From the NCBI RefSeq assembly GCF_009914755.1, contig NC_060944.1: a stretch of DNA of 64,000 bases. One strand, given 5' to 3'. Positions 17,654 through 34,884 of the stretch are shown in pieces. The notes below the pieces were generated by a model. It saw only the letters and a list, made by a program, of their open reading frames with translations. It had not been told where the DNA came from and did not search any database. A program made the translations under genes and the position numbers. The first letter of the stretch is position 1, and each line of letters starts with the position of its first letter. Origin of the DNA: the human T2T-CHM13v2.0 reference genome, Homo sapiens.

Positions 17654-19434
17654 TTAGGCTGCAGAATAGCAGAATTTTCATGAAGCAATTCCTGCACTGC
17701 CTCCCACATTCTATTAGCCACAAGGAGGAAAAAAAAAAAACTATGTTTGGAGGGCAACGAAGCGTGTAAAATGAAATAATACCATATTCCATTGATTCTG
17801 ACACCTTTTCTTTCATATTTTAACCTCTCTGAAATTGAGGTGCATCCTAGGATCAGTGGAATATCCATTTGTAGTCAGTAACTATTTTTCTTAGGGGCTC
17901 AAAACGGCATATCTCATATTGGATGGCATCTTAGAAGTGACAAGCTGTGGTGTACAAAAAGTGCCAGGCTCAGGGCCCGCCACGTCACAGGCCCTCAGGT
18001 TGTCCTCATGACCTTCAGCATCCCCAGCACATTCGAGGCTGGTCATGGTGGAGTGATCAGCTTTTCTTTCTTTTTGTCATTTTCTCACTGACACCTGCTG
18101 ACCTGCATTTGGTCCCCGGCTTGACAGGCACATGGCAAATGCAGTCAGGGAGGCATATGGGGAGGGCTCAGGATGGGAAGAGAAAGACTTTTTATAATAT
18201 ATTAAGATATTCAAAGAGGAGGAGCCAGAGATTCTTTTTTTAAAAAACAAACAAACAAACAAAAAAATCCCCGCTGGAAGCCAGAGTTATATATATGCCA
18301 CACAGGCCAGGAAACCCAGCAGGCCTCCTGGAGCTGGCAGCAAACCGAAACAGGGGTATTGTGTCCAGGCCACTGGCTGGCTGAGGGACATTGTTAGGGC
18401 CTTGCCCTGTCTGGGAAAAGGGGGGTGGCGGGGCAGGGGGAGTGTGTTCCCATGACTCCCTGGGGAGTAACAACAATTGGGCCAGCTGGGAAGCCGGGGA
18501 TGCCAGGGGCCCAGTGGGCAGGAGGTAGGCCCCCGAGGGGCCATGGAGGGCACTGCGGAGGCTGAGGAGGTGGGGTGCGGGGGAAGGAAGGTCAGGGTCT
18601 GTTTCTTAGCTGGGAGGCAAGGCCTAGGAGGGGAAACATGGGCGTCCTTCACTACACCCCTCCCTCACCCCCTCCAAAGCCCTGGGCCACTGTGTCTCTC
18701 TCGAAAGTGCACCCCAGATGTGCCCACTCTTCTCTACCTCTGTCGTCACCCACCCTGGTCTCCCTGCAGGACCACCACGTGGCTTCCTCACTGGGATGTA
18801 TGCCACCGGCCTGGCTCCTACACTCTGTTCTATACATGAACTAGAAGGATCTTCCCCCAACATAACCCACATCACGTCACTCTCGTCTATACCTGCCACA
18901 GGCTGCCCGCCACACTTAGAAAAAAAGCCAGACCCCTTGCCCTGGCCCATGAAGCCTGCCTGGTGGATCCAGCTGGCCTCCGGCTTCATCTCCAGTGAGC
19001 CCCACCCCTGCACTCAGTCAGCCAGGCTGGCCCCTTCCCAGCCTTGGAATGCCTTGGCCTGCTCCCTCCTCAAAGCCTGTGCACTTGCAGAACTCTTGAT
19101 TGGAACGCTCTTCCTCCAGGCTTGCAGAGCTCCCCCCTTGGTATTCAGGGCTCAGAGCAAACATCACCTCCTCAGAGAGGCCTTCCCCGGAAAACAGCCT
19201 CCCATTCTCTCCTCCCAAGCCCCCTCTATCACACTGCCCTGTATGACTTCATGGCACCCCCCACCCTCCAAAGTTCTGGAATGTGGTCATCATTGGTCAG
19301 TCTTCCCTCCTTAGGCTATGAGCCCCACGTGGGAACTGCTTTCTTTTGTCACTGAATCCTGGCCTCCACCACCACCTGGCACTTTCTAAGAACTCAGCCA
19401 ACATTAGCTAGTATTTGTATGATTCCTGTGCTCA

Positions 19435-21070
<1,636 letters not shown>

Positions 21071-22318
21071 CTAAAGGAGCTGATGTGGTCTGGCCCTGAT
21101 CCTTCTCCCAGCTGACATCCAGCCCACAAGGAGAAGCTGGAGGGAGAGGCCAGAAGAGCAATGAGAATGAGGTTTCTGTCGCAGACACTGGGACCCACAC
21201 TTGCATTCCGCCTGGCTTCTGTCTTGTTTATTAAATTATGACATCTGCAGCAGCTTTGAGCACAGAGTCCCAGCACAGAAAACAGGTCCCCTCCGTTCAG
21301 AAGCCCTTTCTCAGAACAACACTCAGAAGAGAGCTCAGCTCTCCCTCTGTCTTCTTTATTTTTTAATTAATTTCATTTTTATTTTTTATCTAAAGGATTA
21401 CATGATCATCATCTCCCTCTGTCTTCTATCTGGGCAGCACGAGAGTGGGTCCCACTCTACAGGGCACCCTCTGCTGAAAATCAAAACTTGCTCACCCCAA
21501 ATGCCCTTCAAGGCTGAACTAAGACAAACTCTCCCCCTGTGAATCTGGAACGAGACAAGCGGAGGAAAAAAAATTTATTTTTATAAAGATCCTCAAATTT
21601 GTCATAGAAAGCAACCCATCTGAAGTCACAAATTGTGGTGACGTGGGCTTCGTTTTGAGAGGTTGAGTACAGCATGGTGTTCTGGTTTAGGAGAGAGCCA
21701 CGTTCAAAGTCTGATTCTTATACACCCCAAATGCACTCATGGAGAGGTAAAAGTGAACAATGTGGAAGGAAACACTGTCACTAGAATCCCTTCTGCAGCT
21801 TCAGTGTGGAAGGCTGCAGCGGCGAGCATCAAACAAGGCAGCTTCTTGGCGTCTGGGCCTGTGAGTCACCGCGCTCACATGGGTTCACTTAGCATCTCTA
21901 ATTTGGGAGCAGAGCAGCAGAAGAGGCCCAAATTAACTTGAGTTTTGTCCTTCCCCTTTTACTTGGAGTTCTGTGGGCCTGAATGCTTGGTGTCATCTAC
22001 TGTAAGGCTCAGGACACCTGGGGCCATCGTCTTCACACTGATCACGGCAAGGATCTGCCCAAGATATTTGGGAGAGGAAGCTGTCAGGGGCGTAGGGGGA
22101 AAACAGGCTCAAAGAAAGGACTCACTTTTATATTGGATTATTGATCAAAGAGATCGCCGAACACACAGAGGACAAGGAAGAAATGCCAAAGAGTTGAGAT
22201 GACATTGCAATGTAAAAGTTTCTTTTAAGATAAAAATAGGTGGCTGTGCATAGAATATTCCAGGAAGGCTGTATGAGAAAGTGCTAACAGTGGGTGCCCC
22301 AGCAAAGGAAGGGCCTAG

Positions 22319-22943
<625 letters not shown>

Positions 22944-23005
22944 TATCAACTTTTTATAACTTTGAGTTTTGTACTATGTGTAGTATTGATTTAAAAATAT
23001 TTTTT

Positions 23006-25067
23006 CTGCTCTCGCTCTCGCTCTCGCTCTCCCTCTCCCTCTCTTTCCACGGTCTCCCTCTGATGCCGAGCGGAAGCTGGACTGTACTGCTGCCATCTAG
23101 GCTCACTGCAACCTCCCTGCCTGATTCTCCTGCCTCAGCCTGCCGAGTGCCTGCAATTGCAGGCGCGCGCAGCCACGCCTGACTGGTTTTCGTATTTTTT
23201 TGGTGGAGACGGGGTTTCACTGTGTTGGCCGGGCTGGTTTCCATCTCCTAACCGCGAGTGATCCGCCAGCCTCGGCCTCCGGAGGTGCCGGGATTGCAGA
23301 CGGTGTCTGGTTCACTCAGTGCTCAATGGTGCCCAGGCTGGAGTGCAGTGGCGTGATCTCGGCTCGCTACAACCTCCACCTCCCAGCCGCCTGCCTTGGC
23401 CTCCCAAAGTGCCGAGAGTGCAGCCTCTGCCCGGCCGCCACCCCGTCTGGGAAGTGAGGAGCGTCTCTGCCTGGCCGCCCATCGTCTGGGACGTGAGGAG
23501 GCCCTCTGCCTGGCTGCCCAGTCTGGAAAGTGAGGAGCGTCTCTGCCCGGCCGCCATCCCATCTAGGAAGTGAGGAGCGCCTCTTCCCGGCCGCCATCCC
23601 ATCTAGGAAGTGAGGAGTGGCTCTGCCCGGCCGCCCATTATCTGAGATGTGCAGAGCGCCTCTGCCCCGCCGCCCCGCCCCGTCTGGGATGTGAGGAGCG
23701 CCTCTGCCCGGCCACAACCCCGTCTGGGAGGTGAGGAGCGTCTCTGCCCAGCCGCCCCGTCTGAGAAGTGAGGAGACCCTCTGCCTGGCAACCGCCCCGT
23801 CTGAGAAGTGAGGAGCCCCTCCGCCCGGCAGCCACCCCATCTGGGAAGTGAGGAGCGTCTCTGCCCGGCAGCCACCCCGTCCGGGAGGGAGGTGGGGGTC
23901 AGCCCCCGCCAGGCCAGCCGCCCCGTCTGGGAGGGAGGTGGGGGGGGGTCAGCCCCCCGCCCGGCCAGCCTCCCTGTCCGGGAGGGAGGTGGGGGGTGTC
24001 AGCCCCCCGCCCGGCCAGCCGCCCCGTCCGGGAGGGAGTTGGGGGGGTCAGCCCCCCGCCCGGCCGGCCGCCCCGTCCGGGAGGGAGGTGGGGGGGTCAG
24101 CCCCCCGCCCGGCCAGCTGCCTCGTCCGGGAGGTGAGGGGCGCCTCTGCCCGGCCGCCCCTACTGGGAAATGAGGAGCCCCTCTGCCCGGCCAGCCGCCC
24201 CATCCGGGAGGGAGGTGGGGGGGTCAGCCCCCCGCCCGGCCAGCCGCCCCGTCCAGGAGGGAGGTGGGGGGTCAGCCCCCCGCCTGGCCAGCCGCCTCGT
24301 CCGGGAGGTGAGGGGCGCCTCTGCCCGGCCGCCCCTACTGGGAAATGAGGAGCCCCTCTGCCCGGCCAGCCGCCCCATCCGGGAGGGAGGTGGGGGGGTC
24401 AGCCCCCCGCCCGGCCAGCCGCCCCGTCCGGGAGGGAGGTGGGGGTCAGCCCCCCGCCCGGCCAGTCGCCTCGTCCGGGAGGTGAGGGGCGCCTCTGCCT
24501 GGCCACCCCTACTGGGAAGTGAGGAGCCCCTCTGCCCGGCCACCACCCCGTCTGGGAGGTGTACCCAACAGCTCATTGAGAACGGGCCATGATGACAATG
24601 GCGGTTTTGTGGAATAGAAAGGGGGGAAAGGTGGGGAAAAGATTGAGAAATCGGATGGTTGCCGTGTCTGTGCAGAAAGAAGTAGACATGGGAGACTTTT
24701 CATTTTGTTATGTACTAAGAAAAATTCTTCTGCCTTGGGATCCTGTTGATCTGTGACCTTACCCCCAACCCTGTGCTCTCTGAAACAGGTGCTGTGTCCA
24801 CTCAGGATTAAATGGGTCGGTGCAAGATGTGCTTTGTTAAACAGATGCTTGAAGGCAGCATGCTCGTTAAGAGTCATCACCACTCCCTAATCTCAAGTAC
24901 CCAGGGACACAAACACTGCGGAAGGCCGCAGGGTCCTCTGCCTAGGAAAACCAGAGACCTTTGTTCACTTGTTTATCTGCTGACCTTCCCTCCACTATTG
25001 TCCTATGACCCTGCTAAATCCCCCTCTGCGAGAAACACCCAAGAATGATCAATAAAAAAAAAAAAAA
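23006..25067 (+). mobile_element. SVA retrotransposon 1 (full length, unedited)
   Basis: (CGCTCT/CCCTCT)n hexamer 23006-23045, antisense Alu-like ~23046-23430, GC-rich VNTR ~23430-24560, SINE-R ~24561-25056 ending AATAAA + poly(A). Confidence 0.97.
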
Positions 25068-25092
25068 GAATTTAAAAAAAAATATATTTTTT

Positions 25093-26697
25093 CCTCTCCC
25101 TCTCCCTCTCCCCACGGTCTCCCTCTCCCTCTCCCCACAGTCTCCCTCTCCCTCTCTTTCCACGGTCTTCCTCTGATGCCGAGCCAAGGCTGGACTGTGC
25201 TGCCGCCGTCTCGGCTCACTGCGGCCTTCCTGCCTGGTTCTCCTGCCTCAGCCTGCCGAGTGCCTGCGATTGCGGGCCGCACCGCCACCCCTGACTGGTT
25301 TTCGTATTTTTTTGGTGGAGACGGGTTTTCGCTGTGTTGGCCGGGCTGGTCTCCAGCTCCTGACCGCAAGTGATCCGCCAGCCTCGGCCTCCCGAGGTGC
25401 CGGGATTGCAGACGGAGTGCTCAGTGCTCAGTGGTGCCCAGGCTGGAGTGCAGTGGCGTGATCTCGGCTCGCTACAGCCTCCACCTCCCAGCCGCCTGCC
25501 TTGGCCTCCCAAAGTGCCGAGATTGCAGCCTCTGCCTGGCCGCCACCCCGTCTGGGAGGTGGGGAGCGTCTCTGCCTGGCCACCCATCGTCTGGGATGTG
25601 AGGAGCCCCTCTGCCTGGCTGCCCAGTCTCGAAAGTGGGGAGCGTCTCTGCCCGGCCGCCATCCCATCTAGGAAGTGAGGAGCGGCTCTGCCCTCCCGCC
25701 CATCGTCTGAGCTGTGGGGAGCGCCTCTGCCCTGCTGCCCCGTCTGGGATGTGAGGAGCGCCTCTGCCCGGCCGCGACCCCGTCTGGGAGGTGAGGAGTG
25801 TCTCTGCCCAGCCGCCCCGTCTGGGAAGTGAGGAGCCCCTCCGCCCGGCAGCCGCCCCGTCTGAGAAGTGAGGAGCCCCTCCGCCGGGCAGCCACCCCAT
25901 CTGGGAAGTGAGGAGCGTCTCCGCCCGGCAGCCACCCCGTCCGGGAGGGTGGTGGGGGTCAGCCCCCGCCCGGCTGGCCGCCCCGTCCGGGAGGGAGGTG
26001 GGGGGGTCAGCCCCCCGACCCGGCCGGCCGCCCCGTCTGGGAGGGAGGTGGGGGGGTCAGCCCCCCGCCCGGCCGGCCACCCCATCCGGGAGGTGAGGGG
26101 CGCCTCTGCCCGGCCGCCCCTACTGGGAAGTGAGGAGCCCCTCTGCCCGGCCGCCACCCCGTCTGGGAGGTGTGCCCAGCGGCTCATTGGGAACGGGCCA
26201 TGATGACAATGGTGGTTTTGTGGAGTAGAGGAGGGGGAAGGGTGGGGAGAAGATTGAGAAGTCGGATGGTTGCTGTGTCTGTGTGGAGGGGGGTGGACAT
26301 GGGAGACTTTTCACTTTGTTCTGTGGTAGGAAAGGTTCTTCTGCCTTGGGATCCTGTTGATCTATGACCTTGCCCCCAGCCCTGTGCTCTCTGGAACATG
26401 TGCTGTGTCCACTCAGGGTTGGGTGGATTGAGGGCGGTGCAGGATGTGCTTTGTTGGGCAGATGCTTGAGGGCAGCATGCTCGTTGACAGTCATCACCAC
26501 TCCCTAGTCTCGGGTGCCCAGGGACACAGACACTGCGGAGAGCCGCAGGGTCCTCTGCCTGGGAAGACCAGAGACCTTTGTTCACTTGTTTGTCTGCTGA
26601 CCTTCCCTTCACTGTTGTCCTATGACCCTGCGGAATCCCCCTTTGCGAGAAACACCCAAGAGTGATCAATGGAAAAAAAAAAAAAAACAAAGAAAAA
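25093..26697 (+). mobile_element. SVA retrotransposon 2 (full length, A-to-G hypermutated)
   Basis: (CCCTCT)n 25093-25160, Alu-like to ~25530, VNTR to ~26170, SINE-R to ~26670, poly(A); pervasive A>G relative to SVA 1. Confidence 0.97.
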
Positions 26698-26698
26698 A

Positions 26699-26799
26699 GG
26701 AACAGAAGCAAATGTGGCAACATCTTGATAACTGTTGGAACTGGACGTTGGGTACATGGGGTTCATTAAACTCTTTTCTCTAAAAAAAAAAAAAAAAAA
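26699..26799 (+). other. Probable SVA-mediated 3' transduction with second poly(A)
   Basis: ~83 bp non-SVA sequence, ATTAAA 26765-26770, A18 at 26782-26799, then AAAAATATTTTTT matching the 5' target site. Confidence 0.75.
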
Positions 26800-26809
26800 T
26801 ATTTTTTTA

Positions 26810-27122
<313 letters not shown>

Positions 27123-28364
27123 TTATTTATTTATTTTAGTCTTACATGTCAAAAGAATTAACAGGATTGTAGCAGGTGTTTAGTAAGTAGAGGTTAAACC
27201 ATTCTATTTCAGGAACTAGCATTTAGGAAGCATAGCACTTACTGTGCAACAAGAGCCCTCTGGCCATCCCTGTTTTACAGGTCTTAGAGAATGGAGGGCA
27301 GCTAGGAAGGAGCCAAATGGGACTCCTCTCAGATCTGCTGGAAGGCAGAGCCCTGCTCCCCGGCACAGACCACACTGCCTTCCTCCCTGGAGTGTGCAGT
27401 TGGAAGCACCAGATGCTCTAGCAGCATCCAGAGAGATGCCATCTGTGAGGGAAACCTATTCTTAGAGAGCAGAGACAGTCGGTAGCGGAGTTGGCCAACC
27501 CCCAGCAGCAGTGGCGGGACTTCAGGAGGGCAGGCGGCCAAGGTTTCACCTTCAGCTGGGGGCAGGACAGGCTAAAAGCAGGGTGTGCTCAGTCCTCAGG
27601 GGCACACTTCCTCTACATTTGGATGCTCTTAGAAATAACAGCATTTATTGGGGACTCACTTTAACTGTGTCATATTCTTTAACCCTCCACACCACTCGAT
27701 GAGGTGTGTGCTACGACAACGCCTACTTTATCAATGAGGAAATAGAGGCACAGAATGGCTCAGTCACTTGCCCAAGGAAACTGTGGGGCCAGGGCTTGAG
27801 CCCAGGCACTCTGGCTCCAAAGCCTATGTCCCTGACCACCATGCTATATTGCCTCTCAACCTGCTGTACAGAGGCCAGTTTTAGTTTGGGTTCCCCCAAT
27901 AGCAGACTCTAAGACAAGGGTTTGAGTGCAAGTGGTTCATATGGGAAGTGGTCCCAGGAAGCACTGGTAGGGGCATGAGGAAGGGAGATGGGGAGGGTGT
28001 TTGAGGCTCAGCCCTGCTGGGCGGCCCTGGGAGTCAGTGTGGAGCACGCACCTCTGAGTTATCCCACCCGAGGGGTGAGGGATGCGGGCTGTGGGAGTGG
28101 GGGTATTTATCAGTCATTGGTTGAAGGTTGCTCCAAGGATGTGTTCATTCTCCAGCCCTTCAGGCCTGCCAGAGGCTGGCAAAGGAGGCACCAGTGACAA
28201 GCTAGAGTCCTCAGGCAGAAAGACAGAGGGGCGGCCACTGGCAAAGCTGGCTAGTGTGCACCAGAGTCGTTATTTAGAGGAGCTATAGGCAGGGCACCCC
28301 CACCATCTGCTATAAAACCTGCCTGGTGATGGCCCAAGCCCTCTGCCCTCCCCAACCCCTAGAG

Positions 28365-28881
28365 CAGCAGTCCCCAACCTTTTTGGCACCAGGGACCAGT
28401 TTTGGGGAAGATAATTTTTCCACGGACCACTGGGGAGGGGACGTGGTTTCAGGATGATTCAAGCACATTGCATTTACTGTGGATTTTATTTCTATTATTA
28501 TTACCTTGTAATATATAATGAAATAATTGTACAACACACCATAATGTAGAATCAGTGGGAGCCCTGAGTTTGTTTTCCAGCAACTAGACAGTCCCATCAA
28601 GGCGTGACGGGAGACAGTGACAGATCATCAGGCATTAGATTCTCATAAGGAGCATGCAACCTAGATCCCTTGCATGCGCAGTTCACAATAGGGTTTGCAT
28701 TCCTACGAGCATCTAATGCCACCACTGATCTGACAGAAGGCAGAGCTCAGGTGGTAATGTGAGCAGTGGGGAGTGGCTGTACATACAGATGAAGCTTCGC
28801 TAGCTCACCCACCTTTCAACTCCTGCTGCGTGGCCTGGTTCCGAACAGGCCATGGACCGGTACCGGGGTTGCGGACCCCTT
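28365..28881 (+). mobile_element. MER1A (hAT-Charlie) DNA transposon
   Basis: CAGCAGTCCCCAACC...GGTTGCGGACCCCT terminal inverted repeats; flanking c(c/t)ctagag 8-bp TSD-like repeat. Confidence 0.8.
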
Positions 28882-29345
28882 ACTCTAGAGCTCATTCAAC
28901 CTCCACAGCAAGTTAAAGGAACTTCATAATTACCTACTCCAAGTTTGCAGTAAATGTTGTGGCTGAAAACACAGCTTACAGAATCAGACTGATCCCACCT
29001 CAATTACCTAAGGGCTCTGTGACTCATTTGTCAGATGGGATAATAATGGACGGCTCCATATCATTCCCCACCCCCTTGTTACTCAGAGCAGCACCACTGG
29101 CAGCACCAGGGAGCCTGGGAGAAATGCAGACTCTCAGGCCCCACCCCAGCTCACTGAATCAGAAGCTGCATTTTAATAAGGTCTCCAGTGACTCCTGCAT
29201 ACATTTCTACTAGTAACTTCTAAAATATAGAAAGAGTGATGGAGTAAGTATATTAATGAAAGTGTATCTACCAGACCAATGGTCTCAAATTGGTAGCCCA
29301 TGGACCAGATTTTCCTGGAGACTTGTTTGATTTGTCCAGGATTGT

Positions 29346-31535
<2,190 letters not shown>

Positions 31536-32061
31536 TTCTTTTTTGTAATGCAGCTACTAGAAACATTTTAATTACATATATGGCTCACGTGTTTCTATTG
31601 GACAGTGGGAATCTAGAACTTCTCCAGTAGAACAGCATCTGAGATAAGGAACTTAGTGTTTTTTAAAAAGTATTTACAACCCACTGCCCACCAGCAAGGA
31701 GCCCTCTGTGACATAAGAACAGTTGAAGAATGAACATACCCACCGGAAAGAGACCTCAGGGCCCTCCTCTGAGCTCCTTGACCCCTGAGGCCTAGAGAGT
31801 AGTGTGGCTGGCCCCAGTCTCACAGAAGTCAGCTGCACAGCTGGAACCAAGCCGTAGATTCCTCAGCCTGATTCGGCCACTTGTGCCACCATACAAAGGT
31901 ACCCACTGGGATTTTAAAATCAGTGTTTTTACTTCAGCAAACGGAACCCTGGGATAACACCAGTTGGAGTCTGAGGCCTATGATCTTGAGAAGGCAGTAT
32001 CCTTTGGGAGGGTCTGCATGGGGCCAAATCTTGAGCCACAGCCAGACACCTCAGGGCTGCA

Positions 32062-32325
32062 TTAATTGGAGGGACGGCTCTTGTTATAGACGAGGAAGTC
32101 TGAGATGTCGTGCCATACATTGCTGTCCTCATAGAGGTAGGTCATGGAGGACTGCAGCGAGGGCTGCAGGGTGGATCGGTGATACTCAAAGAGCCACAGC
32201 ACCAGCCCCCACACCACCGCAGTGAGCAGCGGGAACGGGTCCCACCTGGGTTCAGGGATGTAGCCCTTCTCTACAGCCAGGCGGCTCAGGGCAAACAGGA
32301 CGCGTGACAACAGGTACATGTTGAT
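32062..32325 (-). CDS. PXMP4: PXMP4 exon 4 (stop)
   Basis: TTTGCAG|ATCAAC acceptor; INMYLLSRVLFALSRLAVEKGYIPEP...NKSRPSN*. Confidence 0.96.
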   Translation of the reverse strand: MNMYLLSRVLFALSRLAVEKGYIPEPRWDPFPLLTAVVWGLVLWLFEYHRSTLQPSLQSSMTYLYEDSNVWHDISDFLVYNKSRPSN

Positions 32326-33020
32326 CTGCAAAGAGGGAATGATGGGAATTACTGGTGATCAATAGTGATGTCCCTCTTTTGTTTTTGATATTAATAATTT
32401 GTTTCATTTCTCTTTTTTTCTTAGAGAGCCTGGCTAGGGGTTTATTTATTTTAATTATCTCTTCAAAGAATCAACTTTTGGTTTAGGTCCTTTTCTCTAT
32501 TGATTTCCTGTTTGCAATTTCATTGATTTCTGTACTAATTTTTTTTTTTTTTTTCTGAGACAGAATCTGGCTCTGTCGGCTAGGCTAGAGAGAGTGGGCT
32601 TACTGGATCTCGGCTCACTGCAACCTCCACCTCCTAGGTTCAAGTGATTCTCCTGCCTCAGCCTCCGGAGTAGCTGGGATTACAGGTGGCGCCCACCATG
32701 CCCAGCTAGTTTTTATATTTTTAGTAGAGATAGGGTTTCAATGTGTTGGCCAGGATGGTCCTGAACTCCTGACCTCAGATGATCTGCCCACCTTGGCCTC
32801 CCAAAGTGCTGGGATTACAGGTGGGAGCCACAGCATTGGCCTGATTTCTGCACTTATTTTTATTGCTTCTTTTCTTCAGCTTACTTTGGATGTAGTTAAA
32901 AAAAAAAAAAAACTTTAGAGATAGGGTCTTGGTCTGTTGCCCTGGCTGTCTCAAACTCCTGGCCTCAAGCAATCCTCCTCAGCCTACCAAAGTGCTGGGA
33001 TTATATGTGACAGCCAATAA

Positions 33021-33246
<226 letters not shown>

Positions 33247-33430
33247 TGAGCCACCATGCCTGGCCTAAAAATTATTTTTACAATTTAAAAATATTTAAGA
33301 AATTTGAGGGAGGCAAGTAGAGAGAGGCTGCCAACTTTTCAGGTTTCCAAAGAACATTAAAAAACAACTAGCATTCTGCCAGGTGTGGTGGCTCACGCTG
33401 CACTTTGGGAGACCAAGAGGGGGTGCATCA

Positions 33431-33682
<252 letters not shown>

Positions 33683-34020
33683 CTAGCTTTTAGTCTCTTA
33701 TTCATCATCATTTCATAACAAAAGCGAAGTTTAACCCAGAAAAAGGACAAGTCACAGAATGAGAGACAGTTTTTAGAGTGTATTAAGTTTTCTTTTATGA
33801 AAACCTTACTTCAGGGTCATTTTTTTCCCTCATTTCACTACAGAGTGATTTTTAAAAACAATCTTTGCCCCAGAGAGCAGCACATGCATTGATTTTTGGG
33901 AACCATGAAATTACAGATGGAAAAACTGAGAGGAAAGTGACCTTCCCAAGGTCACAGAGGGACTGGTGAGTCACAGAACTCAGACATGCAAAAGAGCCAA
34001 GAGCTTATCATCTTAATCAC

Positions 34021-34884
34021 CTCCACCCCAACCTCTATACAGAACCAGGGCCCCCTCCTCTAGCCCCACCTCTATACAGAAACACGCCCCTCCACCCACC
34101 CCTACCTCTAGAATAAACCACGCCCCTCCCCACCCCCACCTCTACACTGAACCACGCCCCTTCACCCACCCATACTTCTACACTGAACCACGTCCCCTTC
34201 CCCCACCCCCACCTCTACACGGAACCAGGCCCCTTCCCCCACTCCCACCTCCACACTGAACCACGCTCTTTCCCCACTCCTAACTCTACACTGAACCACG
34301 CCCTTTCTCCCACTCCTACCTCTATACAGAACCACGCCCTTCTGCCACTCAAAACTCTACACTGACCCACACCCCTTCCCCCACTCCTACCTCTACACTG
34401 AGCCACGCCCTTGTCCCCACTCATAACTCTACACTGAACCACACCCCTTCCCCGACTCCCACCTCTATCCAGAACCACGCCCTTCCCCCACTCCCACCTC
34501 TATCCAGAACCACGCCCTTTCCCCACTCCTACCTCTATACAGAACCACACCCCTTCCCCCACTCCCACCTCTACAATGAACCACGCCCTTTCCCCCACTC
34601 CCACCTCTATCCAGAACCACGCCCTTTCCCCCACTCCTACCTCCATACAGAACCACACCTCTTCTCCTACTCCTACCTCTACACTGAATCACGCCCCTTC
34701 CCCCACTCCTACCTCTATACTGAAACAAGCCCTCTTCCCCAACCCCCTCCTCTACACTGAACCACGCCCCCTTCCGTCACCACCTCTGTACTGAACCACG
34801 CCCCCTTCCATCACCCCCACCTCTGTACTGAACCACGCCCCCTTCTGTCACCCCCACCTCTGTGCTGAACCACGCCCCCTTCAC
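34021..34884. repeat. ~36-bp minisatellite (VNTR), ~24 copies, PXMP4 intron 3
   Basis: Unit approximately CTCTACACTGAACCACGCCCCTTCCCCCACTCCCAC; 12-aa periodicity in the ORF track. Confidence 0.93.

Noticed and set aside
18280-18310. TATA-like TATATATA in a GC-rich intergenic patch
   Set aside because: No supporting exon, ORF or CpG island; cannot be called a promoter from sequence alone
23006-25067. SVA1 as an APOBEC3 G>A-edited copy with SVA2 as the ancestral form
   Set aside because: The SVA1 A-state matches the familiar SVA/HERV-K LTR sequence and keeps AATAAA, so the derived state is G in SVA2
25216-26187. 323-aa minus-strand ORF and other SVA ORFs
   Set aside because: Stop-poor GC-rich VNTR translation with no protein-family features
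25093-26697. GC-biased gene conversion or ordinary ageing as the cause of SVA2 divergence
   Set aside because: Changes are almost all A>G on one strand with hardly any T>C, CpGs are preserved, and the bias is absent from adjacent SVA1
23006-26697. Simple tandem duplication of one SVA
   Set aside because: Different hexamer heads, VNTR lengths and private indels (SVA1 lacks bases near 24810; SVA2 lacks bases near 25418)
34021-34884. CRISPR-like array, or RGG-repeat protein from the 36-bp repeat
   Set aside because: No unique spacers, eukaryotic intron, and reading frames broken by 35/36-bp unit variation
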